Origin: an uncultured Eubacteriales bacterium
Lineage (GTDB): Bacteria; Bacillota; Clostridia; Oscillospirales; Acutalibacteraceae
Length of the DNA: 30,367 nt
Direction: 5' to 3'
NCBI GenBank assembly: GCA_900320925.1
Contig: ONUD01000069.1
Span: forward strand, 1 to 30,367
This document shows positions 25,902 to 30,367 of the stretch, one piece after another. The stretch's first letter is position 1. Each line of letters opens with the position of its first letter. The notes under the pieces are model-generated. The model was not told the origin of the DNA and did no database searches. It saw only the letters and a program-made list of their open reading frames with translations. The translations under genes and the position numbers were made by a program.

Positions 25902-26744
25902 ATGAATCATCAAGAATTTTTGGAAATGCAGAAGCTCGCCTGTCAGGTGCGTATCTGGACGGTGGAGGGCGTGTTTCACGCAAAATCGGGACATCCCGGC
26001 GGTTCTCTTTCGGCTGCTGATATGATGACCTACCTCTACTTTAAAGAGATGAATGTCAATCCCGACAATCCGCAAGACCCTGACCGTGACCGTTTCGTGC
26101 TGTCAAAGGGTCACTGCTGTCCCGCACTGTATGCGGTACTGGCTCTCAAGGGCTATTTCCCTACAGACGAAATCAAGTCCCTGCGTCATATCGGTGCCAT
26201 GCTCCAAGGACATCCCGATATGAAAAGAACCCCCGGCGTGGATATGAGTTCCGGCTCTCTGGGGCAGGGAATCTCTGCGGCGTGCGGTATGGCACTGGCC
26301 GCCAAATATGATCAGAAAGATTATCGTGTCTACACCATGCTCGGCGACGGGGAATGCGAAGAAGGGCAGGTCTGGGAAGCCGCTATGTTTGCTTCCCATA
26401 TGAAGCTGGACAACCTCTGCGTCATCGTGGACTTCAACGGACTTCAGATTGATGGCCATGTGAATGAGGTGGCAGGTCTGGAACCTCTCGATAAAAAATT
26501 TGAGGGCTTTGGCTTTGAGGTTCTCCACATGGACGGCAACAACTTCGAGGAAATAGAAGCTGCCTTTGAAAAAGCTAAAACCATCAAGGGCAAACCGACT
26601 GCCATCATTGCCCGTACCGTCAAAGGAAAAGGCGTCTCCTATATGGAAAATCAGGTCGGCTGGCACGGCAAAGCACCCAATGCCGAACAATATGAGACTG
26701 CCATCAAGGAACTGACGGCACAGTTGAAAGCACTGGAGGGCTAA
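25902..26744 (+). CDS. tkt: Transketolase, N-terminal (TPP-binding) subunit
   Basis: SGHPGGSLS, DRFVLSKGH, GSLGQG and GDGE...N TPP motif; start MNHQEF at 25902 after GGGAGG. Confidence 0.93.
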   Translation: MNHQEFLEMQKLACQVRIWTVEGVFHAKSGHPGGSLSAADMMTYLYFKEMNVNPDNPQDPDRDRFVLSKGHCCPALYAVLALKGYFPTDEIKSLRHIGAMLQGHPDMKRTPGVDMSSGSLGQGISAACGMALAAKYDQKDYRVYTMLGDGECEEGQVWEAAMFASHMKLDNLCVIVDFNGLQIDGHVNEVAGLEPLDKKFEGFGFEVLHMDGNNFEEIEAAFEKAKTIKGKPTAIIARTVKGKGVSYMENQVGWHGKAPNAEQYETAIKELTAQLKALEG

Positions 26745-26748
26745 TATC

Positions 26749-27678
26749 ATGAAAATTGCAACGAGAGAAAGCTTCGGTCTGGCACTTTGCGAGCTGGCAA
26801 AGGAGCATCCTGAAATTGTGGTGCTGGATGCAGACTTGGCAGCCGCTACCAAGACCGATATATTCAAAAAAGCATACCCCGACCGGTTCTTTGACTGCGG
26901 CATTGCAGAAGGCAATATGATCGGTGTGGCAGCCGGTCTTGCTGCCTGCGGAAAAGTACCATTTGCGGCATCGTTTGCCATGTTCGCCACAGGGCGTGCC
27001 TACGAACAAATCAGAAATTCCGTGGGCTATCCGCACCTGAATGTCAAAATTGCCGGCTCCCATGCAGGCATCTCTGTCGGTGAGGACGGTGCCACCCATC
27101 AGTGCTGTGAGGATCTTGCCCTGATGAGAACCATCCCCGGCATGGTCATCCTGAACCCTGCCGACCATTACGAAATGACGGAAGCGGTCAAGGCTGCTTA
27201 TGCTTACCATGGACCTGTTTACATCCGACTCGGCAGGCTGGCTATTGATACCTTCAACGACCCCGACCACTATCAGTTTGCAATCGGCAAGGGCATCACC
27301 CTGAAAGACGGCAGTGATGTGACCGTCATTGCAACGGGGCTGGTCGTCAATGAAGCACTGAAAGCCGTGAATGCTCTCGAAGCAAAGGGGATTCATGCAC
27401 GACTCATCAATATGCATACCATTAAACCCATTGACAAGGAGATCATCATCAAGGCCGCAAAGGAAACAGGCAAAATCATCACCGTTGAGGAACACAGTAT
27501 TATCGGCGGTCTGGGGGAAGCCGTATGCTCTGTGACAGCAGAGTATTGCCCTGTTCCCGTCAAGCGGATTGGTATCAAGGATATTTACGGCCACAGCGGT
27601 CCTGCACTTGGTCTGCTTTCCGAGTTCGGACTGGATGCAGAGGGGCTGGAAAAGTCCATTGCGGAAATTATGCAGTAA
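26749..27678 (+). CDS. tkt: Transketolase, C-terminal (pyrimidine-binding + C-terminal) subunit
   Basis: GIAEGNMIGVAAGLA, FATGRAYEQIR, GEDGATHQ, TVEEH; own GGAGG RBS. Confidence 0.93.
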   Translation: MKIATRESFGLALCELAKEHPEIVVLDADLAAATKTDIFKKAYPDRFFDCGIAEGNMIGVAAGLAACGKVPFAASFAMFATGRAYEQIRNSVGYPHLNVKIAGSHAGISVGEDGATHQCCEDLALMRTIPGMVILNPADHYEMTEAVKAAYAYHGPVYIRLGRLAIDTFNDPDHYQFAIGKGITLKDGSDVTVIATGLVVNEALKAVNALEAKGIHARLINMHTIKPIDKEIIIKAAKETGKIITVEEHSIIGGLGEAVCSVTAEYCPVPVKRIGIKDIYGHSGPALGLLSEFGLDAEGLEKSIAEIMQ

Positions 27679-27713
27679 AAAAACAAGCAGGCATCAGGCC
27701 TGCTTGTTTTTTT
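27677..27713. terminator. Bidirectional intrinsic terminator between tkt and the ABC permease
   Basis: AAAAAAACAAGCAGGC-ATCAG-GCCTGCTTGTTTTTTT is a perfect 16-bp stem with A7/T7 ends, touching both stop codons. Confidence 0.9.
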
Positions 27714-28980
27714 ATGCATTTTTTTGCAGCTTCTTATTTTTGTGCTGTTCCTTGAGGAGCTTGATGATTTCAGGGAATTTCGGGGGATTGCCGTACATCA
27801 GGACGCCAATTCGGTAGATGGCGGCTGCCAGCATTCCCAACAGGTAAATGGAAATCAGCTGTATGGCAATGGACAGGATGATTTCATAAAAGGCAACGTC
27901 TGCCAATGTAATGCGTGCAAACATGACCAGAGGTGCCGTGAACGGGATGTATGAACAGACGACCATGAAAGGACTGTTGATGGCATCGCTCGTCATGCCC
28001 ATGATCACAATCATAAACGAAATGACAAACACCATCATGACAGGGGTTGTCAGGGTATTCAGATCTTCGCTGCGGGAGGCAAGGGAGGACAATGCTCCCA
28101 GAAGGAACGAGTAAATGAAATAGGCCGTCAGGAAGAAAATCAGGGCATAGATGACATGGGTGACAGAGAAACTGAACATGGATGTCAAATCGACAGGCAG
28201 TGACTGCGAGGAAATCGTCCCTACAGAAGCCAGTGCCACTCCGGTAATCAGCACCATTTGTGTCAGTCCTGCCAGCCCGGAACCGATAACCTTTCCGAAC
28301 ATGAGGTGCGTCGGCTTGGCACAGGTGATGAGCATTTCCATCGCTCGGGTATTTTTCTCTGTCACAACGCTTTGGGATACCATCTGTCCGTACAGGACAA
28401 TCGCCATATACATAATCATAATCAAAATATAGGCTGACAGATAGTTTTTGGTCTGGTCGGTACCCGTTGTGATGGTTTCGGCAGTGATGGGAGCATTCAT
28501 GATGGTGACAACGTCCTCTTCACTGATATGGTACTGCTTGGTAAACACAGCGGTACGGTATACCGACTGCACGGCAGCACCGAGGGTGTCGGTTTCCGTA
28601 CTCATCAGGGCATTGTTTTTCGTGACGTAGATAAATTTCAGCGGTTCCTCCAGAACAACACCAAACACATAATCTTCCCTGTCCACTCCGGCTTTCAGGT
28701 TCTCCATATTGTCGGAAAACGCCAGTTCATAGTCCGGATAGAACAGGCGGAACTGGCTTTGGAGTATGTCATTGTCCTCGTAAGCCGTGTTGATGATACC
28801 AATGACAGGCTTCTCTCCGACAGCGGTAGGCTCTTTCGATTCCTGGATGCCTGCAATGATGACGGGTACCAGTGACATTCCCAGTATCAGCACCATGATG
28901 ATAATGGTTGTAATGATAAACGCCTTGTTTTTGATGCAGTTGAGATATTCAAACTTGAATACTTGCCATATATGTTTCAT
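27712..28980 (-). CDS. ABC-2 type exporter permease (NatB/YhaP-like)
   Basis: N-terminal TM, large extracellular loop, VTEKNTRAMEMLI..AKPTHLMFGK, and C-terminal TM bundle; start MKHIWQ at 28980. Confidence 0.88.
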   Translation of the reverse strand: MKHIWQVFKFEYLNCIKNKAFIITTIIIMVLILGMSLVPVIIAGIQESKEPTAVGEKPVIGIINTAYEDNDILQSQFRLFYPDYELAFSDNMENLKAGVDREDYVFGVVLEEPLKFIYVTKNNALMSTETDTLGAAVQSVYRTAVFTKQYHISEEDVVTIMNAPITAETITTGTDQTKNYLSAYILIMIMYMAIVLYGQMVSQSVVTEKNTRAMEMLITCAKPTHLMFGKVIGSGLAGLTQMVLITGVALASVGTISSQSLPVDLTSMFSFSVTHVIYALIFFLTAYFIYSFLLGALSSLASRSEDLNTLTTPVMMVFVISFMIVIMGMTSDAINSPFMVVCSYIPFTAPLVMFARITLADVAFYEIILSIAIQLISIYLLGMLAAAIYRIGVLMYGNPPKFPEIIKLLKEQHKNKKLQKNA

Positions 28981-29897
28981 ATTCCGCCCTCCGTGTATTG
29001 AACGAAGATATCGTTCAGTGATGGTTCGCATACCCTGAAACAGTCAATGTCAAACTGCTGTTCAGACAGCTCTGCCAGCATTCGGGTTTTGAAAGCAGGG
29101 TCTTTTAATCTGACAATGACCGTATTTGAATCCTGTTCATCGGACTGTACATCGGTAACATGACTGCTCATGTTTTGCAGGATGAAGGGGGCAATTGTTT
29201 CATGCTGAGGCGAGGTAACGGCAATCCTGTCACGGGGATAGCTGCGTTTGATATCGGCGATTTTGCCGCTGACCGTCACCTTCCCACCGTTGAGAATGGC
29301 GATTTTTTCACAAAATTCCTCTATGTAGTTCATCTGGTGGCTGGAGAACAGCACCACTGCACCGTCTGCCATCATCTCCTTGATGACGTCCTTGAGCAGC
29401 ATGGCATTCACCGGGTCAAGCCCTGAAAAAGGTTCATCCAGTATGACGATTTGCGGATGGCACATCAGTGTAGCAATTAACTGTATTTTTTGTTGGTTGC
29501 CCTTGCTGAGGGTTTCCAGCTTTTTGGTTTTGTACTCGCTCATGGAAAGCCGTTCCAGCCATTGGTCGCACGCTGTGAGGGCATCTTTTTTGGACATTCC
29601 CCTCAGTTGTGCCAGATAGACCAACTGGTCGCAGATTTTGATTTTCGGGTACAGCCCCCTCTCTTCGGGCATATAGCCGATACGGATCTTATCTCTGTTG
29701 ATAGGCTTGCCGTCAATGGAGATACTGCCCTTGTCAGGGAAAAAGACTCCCATGATAATGCGTATGGTGGTAGTTTTGCCTGCCCCGTTCCTGCCCAGCA
29801 GTCCCAGTGCGGTACCGCTTTGTGCTTCAAAGGAAACATCTCTCAGGACCTCCTTTTCACCAAAGCTTTTGAAAATATTTTCCGCTTTCAGTTCCAT
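28977..29897 (-). CDS. ABC exporter ATP-binding subunit (NatA/YhaQ-like)
   Basis: Walker A GRNGAGKT, YMPEERGLYP, LSKGNQQK signature, ILDEPFSGLD, SSH; ATGA overlap with the permease start. Confidence 0.92.
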   Translation of the reverse strand: MELKAENIFKSFGEKEVLRDVSFEAQSGTALGLLGRNGAGKTTTIRIIMGVFFPDKGSISIDGKPINRDKIRIGYMPEERGLYPKIKICDQLVYLAQLRGMSKKDALTACDQWLERLSMSEYKTKKLETLSKGNQQKIQLIATLMCHPQIVILDEPFSGLDPVNAMLLKDVIKEMMADGAVVLFSSHQMNYIEEFCEKIAILNGGKVTVSGKIADIKRSYPRDRIAVTSPQHETIAPFILQNMSSHVTDVQSDEQDSNTVIVRLKDPAFKTRMLAELSEQQFDIDCFRVCEPSLNDIFVQYTEGGI

Positions 29898-29920
29898 ATT
29901 TCAACCTCCGTTTCAATCCC

Positions 29921-29949
29921 ATTATACCGTATTTCTTGTCTGTTTGCAA
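29921..29949 (-). promoter_or_regulatory. sigma-A promoter for the ABC exporter
   Basis: TTGCAA-17 nt-TATAAT upstream of the GGAGG RBS. Confidence 0.75.
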
Positions 29950-30006
29950 CAGAGAAATTACTTTTAAATGGCAATTTATACACTTTTCAAAACGAATCTT
30001 TATGAT

Positions 30007-30047
30007 AAAATCAGCCAAAGATGATGGAGTACATCACCTTTGGCTGA
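30007..30047 (-). terminator. Long hairpin, probable terminator after the small-peptide ORFs
   Basis: Minus strand TCAGCCAAAGGTGATG-TACTC-CATCATCTTTGGCTGA (16 bp, one G.U) followed by TTTTAT. Confidence 0.65.
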
Positions 30048-30073
30048 AAAGTCATTAAGGGTATTTGCGAACA

Positions 30074-30145
30074 TCAATAGACGCTAGTAGGCCAAAGAAT
30101 ACCGATTGCAACAATAATTCCTCCAACAATGATAAATTTCAGCAT
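30074..30145 (-). CDS. 23-aa hydrophobic small protein MLKFIIVGGIIVAIGILWPTSVY
   Basis: Below the ORF-track cutoff; strong RBS AGGAGGTG with 5 nt to the ATG; a single TM-length hydrophobic stretch. Confidence 0.6.
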   Translation of the reverse strand: MLKFIIVGGIIVAIGILWPTSVY

Positions 30146-30221
30146 AATCTCACCTCCTCTCATCGAAACAACCGTCAAAATATATAACCAACTGAGTCAT
30201 AGCAATTATTATCTCGCGTTA

Positions 30222-30284
30222 TCATCGCAAAGTAAGATAATATGCTGCGGCGGCTAAGAGTAAATATACGGGAATCCACTGCAT
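30222..30284 (-). CDS. 20-aa hydrophobic small protein MQWIPVYLLLAAAAYYLTLR
   Basis: RBS-like AAGGAAGTG upstream of the ATG; entirely hydrophobic with a terminal Arg. Confidence 0.5.
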   Translation of the reverse strand: MQWIPVYLLLAAAAYYLTLR

Positions 30285-30324
30285 AAACTTTTCACTTCCT
30301 TTCAGAATTGAAACAAGTATCCTT

Positions 30325-30367
30325 TCAGTTATGTTCAATACAAACGATTACCGCCACAGTAACAACA
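30325..30367 (-). CDS. Possible 3' end of another hydrophobic ORF (...VVTVAVIVCIEHN*), truncated by the window edge
   Basis: Open frame from 30366 to TGA at 30327-30325; hydrophobic; the start is outside the window. Confidence 0.3.
   Translation of the reverse strand, partial: VVTVAVIVCIEHN

Noticed and set aside
25902-27678. Split transketolase as a pseudogene or frameshift
   Set aside because: Two-subunit transketolases are common in Clostridia; each half has its own RBS and complete motifs.
30150-30200. 16-codon ORF MTQLVIYFDGCFDERR between the two hydrophobic peptides
   Set aside because: No RBS, and its 3' end is just the RBS of the next ORF.

Overview
A 30.4-kb chromosomal window from a spore-forming Clostridia bacterium, probably Ruminococcus/Oscillospiraceae-like (inferred from spoIIR, the split transketolase and Firmicutes-type promoters/RBSs). 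From left to right: (i) an 8-gene minus-strand operon (1-8973) that looks like a lipid-linked surface-glycosylation pathway for an unusual sugar. It encodes a class II aldolase, a tandem nucleotidyltransferase, a GT-C membrane domain fused to a phosphoribulokinase-like kinase, a HAD phosphatase, a GtrA flippase, a GT2, a GDPD-like phosphodiesterase, and a second GT-C that runs off the window and is missing from the ORF track. (ii) A class I/II aminotransferase-trpS pair. (iii) An inverted pair of REP-like elements with variable cores. (iv) spoIIR with a sigF-type promoter. (v) A degenerate-STAND/TPR/GGDEF diguanylate cyclase and a lipoprotein. (vi) A 77-codon basic ORF with an intrinsic terminator inside its coding sequence, the architecture of tmRNA-regulated ribosome rescue factors (ArfA/BrfA); this is the top novel candidate. 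(vii) A fabH-fabD-fabG-fabF-accB-fabZ-accC-accD-accA operon. (viii) An acidic surface protein, a split transketolase and a NatAB/YhaQP-like ABC exporter. (ix) An array of tiny hydrophobic-peptide ORFs at the right edge. No tRNA, rRNA, CRISPR array or transposase was recognised. All family calls come from motif reading by eye; no database searches were run.
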